Assembly (NCBI GenBank): GCA_023410025.1
Contig: JAEYQM010000061.1
Span: 12,050-76,049, forward strand
Direction: 5' to 3'
Length of the DNA stretch: 64,000 nt
From: Bacillota bacterium
Lineage (GTDB): Bacteria; Bacillota_I; Bacilli_A; ML615J-28; CAG-698
The position numbers were made by a program, and so were the translations under genes. The notes beneath the pieces are model-generated. The model made no database searches. It had not been told where the DNA came from and saw only the letters and a program-made list of their open reading frames with translations. This document shows, one piece after another, positions 38,653-48,676 of the stretch. Each line of letters opens with the position of its first letter. Within the stretch, counting starts at the first letter, position 1.

Positions 38653-38675
38653 GAAGATTATCTTCCTATTTTTAT
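38651..38675 (+). terminator. rho-independent terminator
   Basis: AGGAAGA / TTA / TCTTCCT followed by ATTTTT. Confidence 0.55.
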
Positions 38676-38742
38676 ATTTTTTATATATTACACTTTATAA
38701 ATTTGAATAAAAGTGATATAATAAATTAATATAGGTGATATT

Positions 38743-41700
38743 ATGAAACAAAAACATTTAAAACGCCTTAGTATTGAAAATACCCATTTAATGGACATAT
38801 TTGTGGACAAACATTATATTGAAATTGGAAATGTTCATGATCAAAAACTTAGCCGTCTATTAAATAATAAGATTATATTGCTTGATGACATTGTTGATTA
38901 TTCTATTCACAGTGTTGGATTAGGTAGTTCAAAACTAACGGATGAAAAGACAAGAAGATATTTACCATTTATTAATATTCTAAATATACACAATAAAGAT
39001 GAATCACTTCAATTATTTCTTACATATGGAATTTACTATGGAAAGAAAAATGATAGACAAGAATTTTTTGCGCCTATTATTTTAATTCCTGTTTTATTAT
39101 ATAATGACGATTATAATTTTTACGTAAGGATGTTATCAAAACCAATTGAAAATAGTATATTGGTTAATTATTTAAAAGAGCAAGGAATACATATAAATAA
39201 AGAAAAAATTGATGATATATTTAGTTTTGATAGATATTTAAATCAATTTACTAAAAATGGTGGACAAATTAGATTAGAATCATATTTTACGTTTGCAAAG
39301 ACAGAAGAATTACCTGTAGTTATCAATCATGATAAATTCTCTTTACGTAATGATTTTGAAAAAAACCTTGATAGTAGATATTATGTAAATGATGAATCTG
39401 AAGCTAATATAATTACTAAACTTAATAATCGACAAAGAGCAGCTGTATTAAGAGCAAAATCAGGAAGTAGTTTTGCTATTAATGGATTAAAGGGAACTGG
39501 AAAAACTACAACTTTAATAAATATTGCTAGTGATGCTATTTATAATAATAAAAAGGTCCTTTATCTATCTAATAAAAAAGAATCAATTGATTTTGTTGAG
39601 AGAGAATTTGAAAAAAATAATTTGAAATTCTTAGTTAATAATCTAACAAAAAGTCCTAAATATCGTTTTTCAAATTATAAAGAAATTAAAACAGAAGTCT
39701 ATGATGAAAAATTAGTTAAGGATAACTTGTTAAGGTTATATAAGGAAGTAAATAATTATGAAAAATTTCTTGGTGGAAGGATTAGAAACTTTAGGTTTAT
39801 TGATGTAGTTAATGAACTTATAAATTTAAAACCTGCCAGTGATGAATTTAAATGTGATGATATAAAAGAATTATATAAATTTGAATTTGAAGAGATTATT
39901 TATAGCTTAAGACAAATTGAAGAAGCAATGAAAAAAATCAGTTTCAAAACTTCAATATTTACAAGTATTCCAATTAATAATAGTGTAAAATATCCTAACC
40001 AAGTATCGAATTTGATTTTCCAAATTCATAAATTATTTGTACAATTAAATGAGATAAACAAGGAGTTACAATCAAAATATGGTTTTATCGAAATAGAAAA
40101 CTATGCAAGATTCAAAAACTATATAAGTGATGTAATTAGCTTAGATGTTAATAAAGTTCCAAAACTTTGGAGAAATCCAAAAAATTTTGAAATAGCAACT
40201 AAACTATTCCCTCAATTAAAATCTTTAATCTATTCATTACAAGAATATGAATTATATATTGACTGGGATTATAAAAATGTTGAATCTATTGACATTTATA
40301 AGATGATTAAAAGTTTAATTGGTGATTACTTTACAGAAGAAGATGGATACAAAGTAGACAGAATTATTTCTTCATCAAAAACTTTGGTTAACAAAGCAAA
40401 AACAGGTATTCAAAATTATCGTTTACTATCTAAGAAGATAGAAAATATAAAGAAAATTTTGGATTGGGATTTTGATGATGATGATATTAAAACCTATGAA
40501 GAGATTACTAAACTTGCTGATTTTTTAGATAATTCGATTTATCATAAATCATGGTTAAATATTGAAAATAGTGAGAACATCTTAAATGAATTAAAACAAA
40601 TATCAACTGATTTAAATAAACATATTTTACTAAGCAAACAATATTCAAAATATTTTAGTAACCAAAAAGACATTAATGAAAATATTTCATATATAGAAAA
40701 ATTAATTAGCGAAGATAAACAGCCAAAAAAATTTAAAAATATTAATTTAAATGATTTGTTAAATGATACGATAATTTATCGTGATTTGAGAAATAAAACA
40801 GCAAGTTTGAATAGAAGACATAAGGAGTTAACGGGATTTGAATATAGCCTAGCATATGACACAACTATTGACTTTAAGAAGTTTATAACTTACATAACTC
40901 AAATAAAGGATTTAGTTGCAAAGGAAAAAGTATTAGCTTTTTTAAATACAGTTAACGATGACGATTTAGAAGTATATATTCATGATCTTGTTGATTTTAA
41001 AAGATCATATCTAATTTTTAAGGAAGTGTATGAATATACTTGTACAGTCCTTTATAAAGAAAAATCACATCAAGTGAGTGAACAAGTTAGACTTTTATCA
41101 CATTTCTTAAAGTATGTAAATCAGGTATCAAGAGTATGTACGGAAATGTCTTTAGTCTTAAAAGATCCAAGTAAGAAACTAAGTTTGGATTTATTTATTA
41201 AATTAAAAAATCAATTAAATCAACTTAATCGTATTAAAAAGGAACTTAATAATAATACCCATTATCCTCATTATTTCGGTAGTCTATTTAAGCATAGTAA
41301 GACAAATATTGGTGAGGTAAATAATATTATAAATGCTTTTGATAGTTATATTAAATGCTTTCAATCAACAGAAGCTATAGCTTCAAGTTTGAAGTTAGTT
41401 AATTTTGAAAACTTATGCAAGGTAATGAATGACGCTTCTAAGATTGTTGTTGAAATAAATGAAAGTTTTAAATTGTATAACAAGATATTTAAAGATGGAA
41501 TTGGTAACTATTATTATGATAATTTAGAAAATGTTATTAAATACTTAGATAAATTAAATAACGCCAAAGAAGAATTAAAGGCATATTTAGAATTGACTGA
41601 ACAATTACGTGTTATTGAAGGACATAAATTATTTGTTTTGAGTGAATACATAATTAATTCCAATTCAACAAGCCTTGTTGAAAACTTTAAGTACACATAT

Positions 41701-42894
41701 TTTAAAACTCTTTATGACATATATACAAATGGTTTTAATGTATCATCAGAAGTTATAAGTAATAACTTAGTAGAAATAGTAAATGAAGAGAATAAATTAA
41801 TTAAAATTAATATTCAAAAATTAAATTATTATAGAAGTGTAGCATCAGGTGAAAATGATAGTGCCAAAAATTTAACTCTAGCATCTACTTCGATTTTAAA
41901 TTATTTATTAGATTACACACAATTTGATCTTATCTTAATTGATGATTCCCATGTATCAAATTCAAATGAATTTTTTAATGCAATAAATGGTAAGCAAGTA
42001 ATTATCGCTGGGGATAATACAAGTGTTACTTCATCAGGAACAAACTTAATCGCAAAAATGCGTCCAAAGAATGTTATGAATTTATACTATCGTTATAATC
42101 CTACTCCACTTAATTTACTAAATTATATTCCCAAGACTCATGGTATTTATTTAAATAATCCTGAAGATAATATAGGTTATGAAATTACTAATAAAGAAGC
42201 TTTATCAATTATTGTTGATTTATTATTAAAAAATAGAGAAGTTGAAATAAATTATTTTGTTCCAACAATCGTTAAGAAACTTAGTTTTATTGAAAAATTA
42301 TCACAACAATTAATAAACAATGGTTTTTCTGCTGAAGAAATATTTAGAATAATTACTAAGCAATTAAATATTGTTGATTTGTTTACAGGTTATGCATATG
42401 ATGCAAGTTATAATATTGTTGATTTAGATGATTATTATAATGTATCAAATGAATTCTTAGAAATAAAATATATAAGTAGGCTTATTACTGCCCAAAAGAA
42501 ATTATATATTATTGACAAACAAAACTTTATAAGCAATGATAATGATGTTTTGTTTATCCATATGCTTAAACAAGTTTTTTCAAATAACAATTTTATTAAT
42601 AAAAAAATACAAGATGTTGCTTTAAAACTATCTAAACGCCTAAGTGAACTAGATATAAAAGTATTTGGTGACTTATATCAATTTACATTAGTATTAGAAA
42701 GAAATAATACCCTTTATAATGTATTATTATTTGTAAATCCAAATAAGAATCGTATTGATTTATTAGAAGATTATAGAGAATATTATCTTGCATCTAAGGC
42801 GAAAAATATGAATGTATTATATATTTGGTTAATTGATTTATATGAAAATATGGATAAAGTTATAGATTATATCAATAAGGAGACTTTATCATGA
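38743..42894 (+). CDS. giant (1383 aa) degenerate SF1 (Upf1/AAA_11-AAA_12-like) helicase-related protein with DUF4011-like N-terminus and endonuclease-fold-like C-terminus
   Basis: Walker A is GLKGTGKTTT (K254, 39493-39510). The Walker B-like motif LILIDDSH lies only at residue 1067 (41941-41952). YRYNPTPLNLLNY resembles the qYRmhp motif, and SRLITAQKKLYII is a motif VI-like segment without Arg. The N-terminus FFAPIILIPVLLY resembles DUF4011. Confidence 0.5.
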   Translation: MKQKHLKRLSIENTHLMDIFVDKHYIEIGNVHDQKLSRLLNNKIILLDDIVDYSIHSVGLGSSKLTDEKTRRYLPFINILNIHNKDESLQLFLTYGIYYGKKNDRQEFFAPIILIPVLLYNDDYNFYVRMLSKPIENSILVNYLKEQGIHINKEKIDDIFSFDRYLNQFTKNGGQIRLESYFTFAKTEELPVVINHDKFSLRNDFEKNLDSRYYVNDESEANIITKLNNRQRAAVLRAKSGSSFAINGLKGTGKTTTLINIASDAIYNNKKVLYLSNKKESIDFVEREFEKNNLKFLVNNLTKSPKYRFSNYKEIKTEVYDEKLVKDNLLRLYKEVNNYEKFLGGRIRNFRFIDVVNELINLKPASDEFKCDDIKELYKFEFEEIIYSLRQIEEAMKKISFKTSIFTSIPINNSVKYPNQVSNLIFQIHKLFVQLNEINKELQSKYGFIEIENYARFKNYISDVISLDVNKVPKLWRNPKNFEIATKLFPQLKSLIYSLQEYELYIDWDYKNVESIDIYKMIKSLIGDYFTEEDGYKVDRIISSSKTLVNKAKTGIQNYRLLSKKIENIKKILDWDFDDDDIKTYEEITKLADFLDNSIYHKSWLNIENSENILNELKQISTDLNKHILLSKQYSKYFSNQKDINENISYIEKLISEDKQPKKFKNINLNDLLNDTIIYRDLRNKTASLNRRHKELTGFEYSLAYDTTIDFKKFITYITQIKDLVAKEKVLAFLNTVNDDDLEVYIHDLVDFKRSYLIFKEVYEYTCTVLYKEKSHQVSEQVRLLSHFLKYVNQVSRVCTEMSLVLKDPSKKLSLDLFIKLKNQLNQLNRIKKELNNNTHYPHYFGSLFKHSKTNIGEVNNIINAFDSYIKCFQSTEAIASSLKLVNFENLCKVMNDASKIVVEINESFKLYNKIFKDGIGNYYYDNLENVIKYLDKLNNAKEELKAYLELTEQLRVIEGHKLFVLSEYIINSNSTSLVENFKYTYFKTLYDIYTNGFNVSSEVISNNLVEIVNEENKLIKINIQKLNYYRSVASGENDSAKNLTLASTSILNYLLDYTQFDLILIDDSHVSNSNEFFNAINGKQVIIAGDNTSVTSSGTNLIAKMRPKNVMNLYYRYNPTPLNLLNYIPKTHGIYLNNPEDNIGYEITNKEALSIIVDLLLKNREVEINYFVPTIVKKLSFIEKLSQQLINNGFSAEEIFRIITKQLNIVDLFTGYAYDASYNIVDLDDYYNVSNEFLEIKYISRLITAQKKLYIIDKQNFISNDNDVLFIHMLKQVFSNNNFINKKIQDVALKLSKRLSELDIKVFGDLYQFTLVLERNNTLYNVLLFVNPNKNRIDLLEDYREYYLASKAKNMNVLYIWLIDLYENMDKVIDYINKETLS

Positions 42895-43454
42895 TTAAAC
42901 GGGGAGATAAGAAAAAATTTAAGGATTTTGTTACACAAATTAAAAATAATCCTTATTCTTACTATTATCTTAAAACTACTTTACAAAAATTAAAAAATGA
43001 GAATATCGATATTAATACACAATCTTATAATGGGGATACTTTATTACATATTGCCATTAAATTAAAGAATTTAAGAATGTTGAAGATGTTTCTAAAGGCG
43101 GGAGTAAATCCTAATCTAGCAAATGAATCAGGTAATACGCCACTCCATCAAGCGGTACTTACAAATCAAATTGATTTTGTGAAGGCTTTGGTATCTAGTG
43201 GTTGTGATTTAAATATGGGTGCAGAATTAGAACAAACACCACTTCATCTTGCAGTTATTAATGGTAATTTAGATATTGTAAAATACTTGGTTGAACAAGG
43301 CGCTGATTTTATGCTAATTGATGAGATGTCTAATTTCCCAATTGATTATGCTATTGATGAAGGGGATCTTAAGATGATTAAGTTTTTTTCCCAAATACAA
43401 ACACTTGATGATGTAAGAAAAGATAAATTATTGTCATTAGAGAGGAATATGTAA
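42891..43454 (+). CDS. ankyrin-repeat protein (4 ANK repeats)
   Basis: ANK consensus units are clear: GDTLLHIAIKLKNLRMLKMFLKAGVNPN, GNTPLHQAVLTNQIDFVKALVSSGCDLN and QTPLHLAVINGNLDIVKYLVEQGADF. Its ATG overlaps the upstream TGA (ATGA). Confidence 0.85.
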   Translation: MIKRGDKKKFKDFVTQIKNNPYSYYYLKTTLQKLKNENIDINTQSYNGDTLLHIAIKLKNLRMLKMFLKAGVNPNLANESGNTPLHQAVLTNQIDFVKALVSSGCDLNMGAELEQTPLHLAVINGNLDIVKYLVEQGADFMLIDEMSNFPIDYAIDEGDLKMIKFFSQIQTLDDVRKDKLLSLERNM

Positions 43455-43456
43455 TT

Positions 43457-44263
43457 ATGATAGGATTTAATGAATTTATAGAAAGTTTTAATGATTATAC
43501 AAATAATTTAAGTACACAAGGTATTATACGTTTAGCTGTAGACTTAGTAATGGTCCTAGCTCTAGTTTTTTTGATTTATAAATTTCTTAAAATTAAGTTT
43601 CACTCTAAAAAAGTATTACTTTTTGTTTTACTAACAATAATCTTTTTTATTTTTGTTAACATATTTAGATTCTCAATAACATCTAATTTTCTTAACTTCT
43701 TGCTTTTCTGGAGCTTTGGAGTAGTAATTATAGTTTATAGTCAGGAAATAAAATATACGATAAGTAATTTATTTCAATCAACTAAAAATGAGAATAAATT
43801 TACAAGTGAAGAAGAAAAGAAACAAGTAATTGATGTGTTAGTTAGAACTTCTGTGTATCTTTCTAAAAGAAAAATTGGGGCTCTAATGACTATTGAAAGA
43901 GAAGATAACTTAAATAGTTTTATTGAAAAAGCTATCTATATTAAGGGCTATATATCTGAAGAATTACTTACAACTATCTTTACAGTAGGAACGGCAACTC
44001 ATGATGGTGCGGTTATTATTCGTAAAAATCGAATTATGTGTGCAGGTGCATATCTTCCATCAACAGATAGATATGATGTACCAAAATCTTTAGGTACAAG
44101 ACATCGTGCTGCAATTGGATTAAGTGAAAGATTTGATGCCATTACTATTGTTGTTTCTGAAGAAACTGGAAATATTTCAATTACAGCTGATGGCGTAATT
44201 GAACAAGGACTTAGTCAAGAAAAATTAGTAGAAGTGTTAGAAAGATATTTAATAGTTAAGTAA
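43457..44263 (+). CDS. cdaA: diadenylate cyclase CdaA (DacA)
   Basis: Three N-terminal TM helices are followed by a DAC domain with TATHDGAVII, GTRHRAAIGLSE and VVSEETGNIS. It starts 2 nt after the ankyrin stop. Confidence 0.9.
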   Translation: MIGFNEFIESFNDYTNNLSTQGIIRLAVDLVMVLALVFLIYKFLKIKFHSKKVLLFVLLTIIFFIFVNIFRFSITSNFLNFLLFWSFGVVIIVYSQEIKYTISNLFQSTKNENKFTSEEEKKQVIDVLVRTSVYLSKRKIGALMTIEREDNLNSFIEKAIYIKGYISEELLTTIFTVGTATHDGAVIIRKNRIMCAGAYLPSTDRYDVPKSLGTRHRAAIGLSERFDAITIVVSEETGNISITADGVIEQGLSQEKLVEVLERYLIVK

Positions 44264-44294
44264 AAAATCTAGAACTTATGTTCTAGATTTTTTT
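44262..44294 (+). terminator. rho-independent terminator after cdaA
   Basis: AAAAATCTAGAAC / TTAT / GTTCTAGATTTTT, a long perfect stem plus a T-run. Confidence 0.8.
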
Positions 44295-44428
44295 ACTTAA
44301 AAAAATAATTTATTTTCATTGTACAACAAACTAAAATATGTTATAATTATTCAAGAAACTAAGTTTCTTTTTATTTGCGGCGAAATAGAAAGCGCTTGCA
44401 TAAAATTCCACGAAGCAAAGGAGAAAGT

Positions 44429-45541
44429 ATGAGAATTGGAATTCCTAGAGAAATAAAGAATAGTGAAAATCGTGTATCTGTAACTCCGGCTGGTGTTATG
44501 CAATTAGTAGTGCATAAACATCAAGTGTTTGTTGAAAAAAATGCCGGAATTGGAGCCGGTTTTACTGATGAAGAATATCAAGATGTTGGAGCGGTAATTG
44601 TTGAGACAGCAAAAGAGGCTTGGGATCAAGAAATGGTTATCAAGGTAAAAGAACCAATTAGAAGTGAGTATCAATATTTTAAAGAAGGACTTATTTTATT
44701 CACTTATTTACATCTTGCCGCTGAACCTGAATTAACAAAAGCATTAATCCAATCAGGAGTAGTAGCTATTGCTTATGAAACAGTTGAAACAGCAGATAAA
44801 AGATTACCTTTACTTACTCCAATGAGTGAAGTTGCTGGAAGAATGTCAGTAGTAGTAGGTTCAATGTATTTATTGAAACACAATGGTGGTAAAGGAATGT
44901 TATTAAGTGGAGTTCCAGGAACAGCTCGTGCTAATGTAGTTATTGTTGGAGGCGGAATTGCAGGACTTAACGCTGCAAAAATGGCAATTGGAATGGAAGC
45001 AGACGTTACTATATTAGATATTAACCTAGATAGATTGCGATATATTGATGATATATATGGAAGGGATGTACAAACATTATATTCTAATGTATATAATCTA
45101 ACGGAATGTGTTAAAAATGCAGATCTATTAATAGGAGCGGTTTTAATTCCAGGTGCTAAGGCTCCAAAACTTGTTACTGAAGAAATGGTTAAACTTATGA
45201 AACCAGGTAGTGTAATTGTGGATATTGCCATTGACCAAGGTGGCTGTGTAGAAACAATTGATCATGCAACAACACATATAGATCCAGTTTATATGAAACA
45301 TGGAGTTGTTCATTATTCAGTAGCCAATATGCCAGGTTCAGCTAGCCATACATCAACAATGGCTCTAACAAATGCAACTATTTCTTATGCTATTTCTCTT
45401 GCTGATTTAGGATATTTAGAAGCAATCAAAAAAGATACAAGACTAGCAAAGGGTGTAAATGTATATAAAGGTAAAGTTACTTATAGAGCAGTCGCTGAAG
45501 CGCTAAATTTAGAATATACACCACTTGAAACATTATTATAA
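44429..45541 (+). CDS. ald: alanine dehydrogenase
   Basis: ATG 44429 (RBS AAGGAG) gives [16 protein letters not shown]. The NAD-binding fold [17 protein letters not shown] is present. The track start at 44375 is an extension. Confidence 0.9.
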   Translation: MRIGIPREIKNSENRVSVTPAGVMQLVVHKHQVFVEKNAGIGAGFTDEEYQDVGAVIVETAKEAWDQEMVIKVKEPIRSEYQYFKEGLILFTYLHLAAEPELTKALIQSGVVAIAYETVETADKRLPLLTPMSEVAGRMSVVVGSMYLLKHNGGKGMLLSGVPGTARANVVIVGGGIAGLNAAKMAIGMEADVTILDINLDRLRYIDDIYGRDVQTLYSNVYNLTECVKNADLLIGAVLIPGAKAPKLVTEEMVKLMKPGSVIVDIAIDQGGCVETIDHATTHIDPVYMKHGVVHYSVANMPGSASHTSTMALTNATISYAISLADLGYLEAIKKDTRLAKGVNVYKGKVTYRAVAEALNLEYTPLETLL

Positions 45542-45544
45542 CAC

Positions 45545-45572
45545 AAAGCTCAAGTTTTCTTGAGCTTTTATT
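45545..45572 (+). terminator. rho-independent terminator after ald
   Basis: AAAGCTCAAG / TTTT / CTTGAGCTTT followed by T-rich sequence. Confidence 0.75.
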
Positions 45573-45630
45573 ATTTAAAAATTGAAATTATGACAAAAAT
45601 ATGATATACTATATTAAAGTGAGGTACTAT

Positions 45631-45996
45631 ATGAAAATAGCTTTAATTGCACACGATAAGAAAAAAGAAGATCTACTAAAGTTTGTAGAAGATAATATTG
45701 AATTTTTTAGTAAACATAGTCTTGTAGCAACTGGTACTACAGGCAGATTAATAATTAGTTCTACCGGATTAGAAGTCTTATTATGCAAATCTGGTCCACT
45801 TGGTGGGGATCAAGAAATAGGTGGAAAAGTTGCCAATGGGGAGATTGATTTTGTGATTTTCTTTAGAGATCCATTAACTGCTCAACCTCATGAACCAGAC
45901 GTTTCTGCGTTACTAAGACTTTGTGATGTATATGAAATACCACTAGCAACAAACCGTTCTACAGCAATGATGATTGTAAAGAAAGGAAGGATATAG
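45631..45996 (+). CDS. mgsA: methylglyoxal synthase
   Basis: ATG 45631 gives [15 protein letters not shown]. Motifs TGTTG and GPLGGDQE are present. Size is ~121 aa. Confidence 0.85.
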   Translation: MKIALIAHDKKKEDLLKFVEDNIEFFSKHSLVATGTTGRLIISSTGLEVLLCKSGPLGGDQEIGGKVANGEIDFVIFFRDPLTAQPHEPDVSALLRLCDVYEIPLATNRSTAMMIVKKGRI

Positions 45997-45997
45997 C

Positions 45998-47497
45998 ATG
46001 TTTTCTGAAATATCAAATTGGGAATTAATCAGTATAGTAGTAATGGGAATGACACTAATCTTAATATTTACAAATTTACTAGCCAATAAGAAGTTTAGTT
46101 GGTTGTCATTTATTTTACTATTATTAGTACTAGCAACATATGGATTGAAATATTTCAGTAGTACTAATTTCAATAAATTATTTGGGAATATAAGTTTTAT
46201 AGAAATGGCAATGCAAATTGCATCAGGATTAGTTTTCTTAATTAGTTTATTTGCTTTTGTAAAATCTACTAATTTTAATAGTATAAAAAATTTATTATAT
46301 AAAGAAGTAATGCTTTTAAATAAAAATTTATATGCTGTTGTTTCAAGAAACAACAAGATATTAGTATATGATAAGAAAATTAAGGAATTACTAAATAAAG
46401 AATATGATGGTGACTTATTTGTCAATGGAAGTAAGGTTAATCATCTTACAAAAGAAAATTTAGTAAATTTTAAAGATGAAGTTGTAAATTTAAAAATTGT
46501 TGAGAACGAAAATATAATTACAGAAATTAAACTTACTAAACAAGAAATTAATGTAAATAAGAGATTTATTGGTTTTGCTTTAGTTGATGTTTCATTAAAG
46601 AAAAATATTAGTGAGGAAAGTAACTTAAAAAATGATATCTTAGTCTACATGGATTTACTAAATAATCCACTGGCTTATTTGGATACTGCATCTTCAAATT
46701 ATATTTGCAGTAGTAACTTTGCAAAGCTATTAAACTTACAAGAAAAGGTCTTAAAAGTAGAAGACTTAAAAAAATTAGTATATATTGAAGATTTGAGTAT
46801 TTATGAAACTAAATTAAATGAAGCAAATCTTCCTAACTCATATTCATATCGCTTAAATACAAATAAGGGTCCAATGTGGTTTGAAGAATCAACTGCTCGT
46901 TTTAATAATAAAGAATATACATTAATCAAAAAAATTGATTCAAATAATATTAGTGGGTTAAAATACGGAACGCATCGTGATTTTATCCATTTAGTAACAA
47001 ATAAGAAAGATTATAATTTTGGAATCTTAATGCTTAACTTTACAGGTTTAGAAAAGTATTTACTTGATAAGCCACATGAATTTATTGATGCTTTAATTAA
47101 TAAGTTCTTTATTAAAATTAATGAAGGATTTTTAAAAGATCAGTTCTTTGTTTATAAAATTGGTTCGTTTGAATTTGCAATGGTTGTTGAAGGTACAAAT
47201 AATATTGATTCTTTAGTTAGAGAATTTGGAAAAAATATTTCGCCATTATTAACACAAAGTATTTTTGTTAATGGTACAAAATATGAATTGAATACAGAAG
47301 TTGGTATTGTTTACGGTACTGATTTTGAAGATAAAACTACAAAAGATATGATTAAAGCTAGCTTTGATATTATGGCTGAAGTTACTAATCCTAATTTTAA
47401 AGAAAAGTTTAGTATCTATCAACCAGTTAAACCTATTGAATTCAGTTTAGTTGAATTGGGAATTAATATTGATGAAGATTTAAGTAAATATGAATAA
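45998..47497 (+). CDS. membrane-anchored signalling-type protein: 4 TM + PAS-like region + degenerate GGDEF domain (GSFEF)
   Basis: The N-terminal 110 aa are hydrophobic. The C-terminus GILMLNFTGLEKY...FFVYKIGSFEFAMVVEG aligns with the GGDEF fold; the signature reads GSFEF at 47162-47176. Confidence 0.5.
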   Translation: MFSEISNWELISIVVMGMTLILIFTNLLANKKFSWLSFILLLLVLATYGLKYFSSTNFNKLFGNISFIEMAMQIASGLVFLISLFAFVKSTNFNSIKNLLYKEVMLLNKNLYAVVSRNNKILVYDKKIKELLNKEYDGDLFVNGSKVNHLTKENLVNFKDEVVNLKIVENENIITEIKLTKQEINVNKRFIGFALVDVSLKKNISEESNLKNDILVYMDLLNNPLAYLDTASSNYICSSNFAKLLNLQEKVLKVEDLKKLVYIEDLSIYETKLNEANLPNSYSYRLNTNKGPMWFEESTARFNNKEYTLIKKIDSNNISGLKYGTHRDFIHLVTNKKDYNFGILMLNFTGLEKYLLDKPHEFIDALINKFFIKINEGFLKDQFFVYKIGSFEFAMVVEGTNNIDSLVREFGKNISPLLTQSIFVNGTKYELNTEVGIVYGTDFEDKTTKDMIKASFDIMAEVTNPNFKEKFSIYQPVKPIEFSLVELGINIDEDLSKYE

Positions 47498-48011
47498 AAA
47501 AGATTTAAGAAGCTATTATCGTTTGCTCAGAAAGCATGATAACTTAATCGATGAGAAAGTTAAAAATAATTTATTAAAATTAGTTTTAAATTATAATAGC
47601 GTAGCATGTTATATGGCAATAGATGAAGAGATAAATCTTAATGAATTTATAAAAAGTATTTATTTACAAAAAAAGATATATTTACCATATACAGGTGAAG
47701 TTTTAGAATTTCGTGAGTTTTGTGGCTTTGATGAATTAATTAAAGATAAAGCTGGAATCTTAAGTAGCAGTAGGGATAAAATAGAAGTAAATAATATCGA
47801 GGTTATTATTATGGCATGTATAGCTTGTAATTATGATGGCTACAGGTTAGGGTATGGAAAAGGCTATTATGATGGTGCTTTAAAAGATTATGAAGGTTTA
47901 AAGATTGGGGTTACATATGATTCCTGCTTAACAACCAAATCGTTTCAGGAAAGTCATGATATTAAACTTGATTATATTGTAACTGAATCTAGAATTATAA
48001 AAATAGGGTAA
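47490..48011 (+). CDS. 5-formyltetrahydrofolate cyclo-ligase
   Basis: The 173-aa product has the characteristic GYGKGYYD motif near the C-terminus. Confidence 0.75.
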   Translation: MNKKDLRSYYRLLRKHDNLIDEKVKNNLLKLVLNYNSVACYMAIDEEINLNEFIKSIYLQKKIYLPYTGEVLEFREFCGFDELIKDKAGILSSSRDKIEVNNIEVIIMACIACNYDGYRLGYGKGYYDGALKDYEGLKIGVTYDSCLTTKSFQESHDIKLDYIVTESRIIKIG

Positions 48012-48016
48012 AAATT

Positions 48017-48676
48017 ATGTTTGATGCAATAATAGTTATGGCTGGAAGCGGTCAAAGAGCAAATTTAAAATACAATAAAGCATTTTATGAAATTTTTGGT
48101 AAACCTGTTTTTATGTATTCAGTTGAAAAATTTAGAAGTATTAGACAGTGTGCTAATATTATTTTAGTGGTTAACGAAAAAGAAATTGAAGATGTTAAAA
48201 AGTATATTAAAGATGAAATAATTGTCATTGGTGGAAAAACAAGACTTGAAAGTGTCTATAATGGAACTCAAAAAGTTTTATCGGATTTTGTCTTGGTTCA
48301 CGATGCTGCAAGACCTAATGTTAAGATTGAAGATATTATTAAAGTTTATGAAAATTTAAAAGATTATGATGCCTCAGCATTAGGAGTTAAACCAAGTAAT
48401 ACAATTAAAGAAATTAGTGGTTCATTGTTTAAAAAGACCCTAAATAGGGATGAACTTGTTGAAGTACAAACTCCACAGGGTTTTAAATCAAAAATATATA
48501 TAAATGCCATAAAAAAAGCAATAAATGATGATGCTATTATTTATGATGATATACAAATACTTGAAAAATATGAAAACATTAGTGCTAAACTAGTTTTAGG
48601 AAGTTATAGTAATATTAAAATTACTAATCCAATTGATTTTCATATTATTGAGTTATTAATGAGGGAGGGTCTATAA
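48017..48676 (+). CDS. ispD: 2-C-methyl-D-erythritol 4-phosphate cytidylyltransferase
   Basis: Motifs MAGSGQR and VHDAARP are present. Size is 219 aa. It lies adjacent to ispF. Confidence 0.85.
   Translation: MFDAIIVMAGSGQRANLKYNKAFYEIFGKPVFMYSVEKFRSIRQCANIILVVNEKEIEDVKKYIKDEIIVIGGKTRLESVYNGTQKVLSDFVLVHDAARPNVKIEDIIKVYENLKDYDASALGVKPSNTIKEISGSLFKKTLNRDELVEVQTPQGFKSKIYINAIKKAINDDAIIYDDIQILEKYENISAKLVLGSYSNIKITNPIDFHIIELLMREGL

Noticed and set aside
38743-42894. Calling the giant helicase-like protein a known anti-phage defence system.
   Set aside because: There is no partner nuclease, methylase or other recognised defence component. The helicase motifs are eroded and the gene is coupled to cdaA. 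It is kept as an open finding and not assigned to a defence family.
44773-45231. 152-aa minus-strand ORF inside ald. Similar antisense ORFs occur at 50604-51263 and 51402-51722 (inside the ATPase gene), 45943-46425, 16743-17069, 31224-31556, 7799-8074, 52466-52786, 58295-58543, 58829-59068, 60468-60782 and 60948-61169.
   Set aside because: All lie entirely within confidently identified genes on the opposite strand or in another frame. They show no motifs or RBS and are shadow ORFs.
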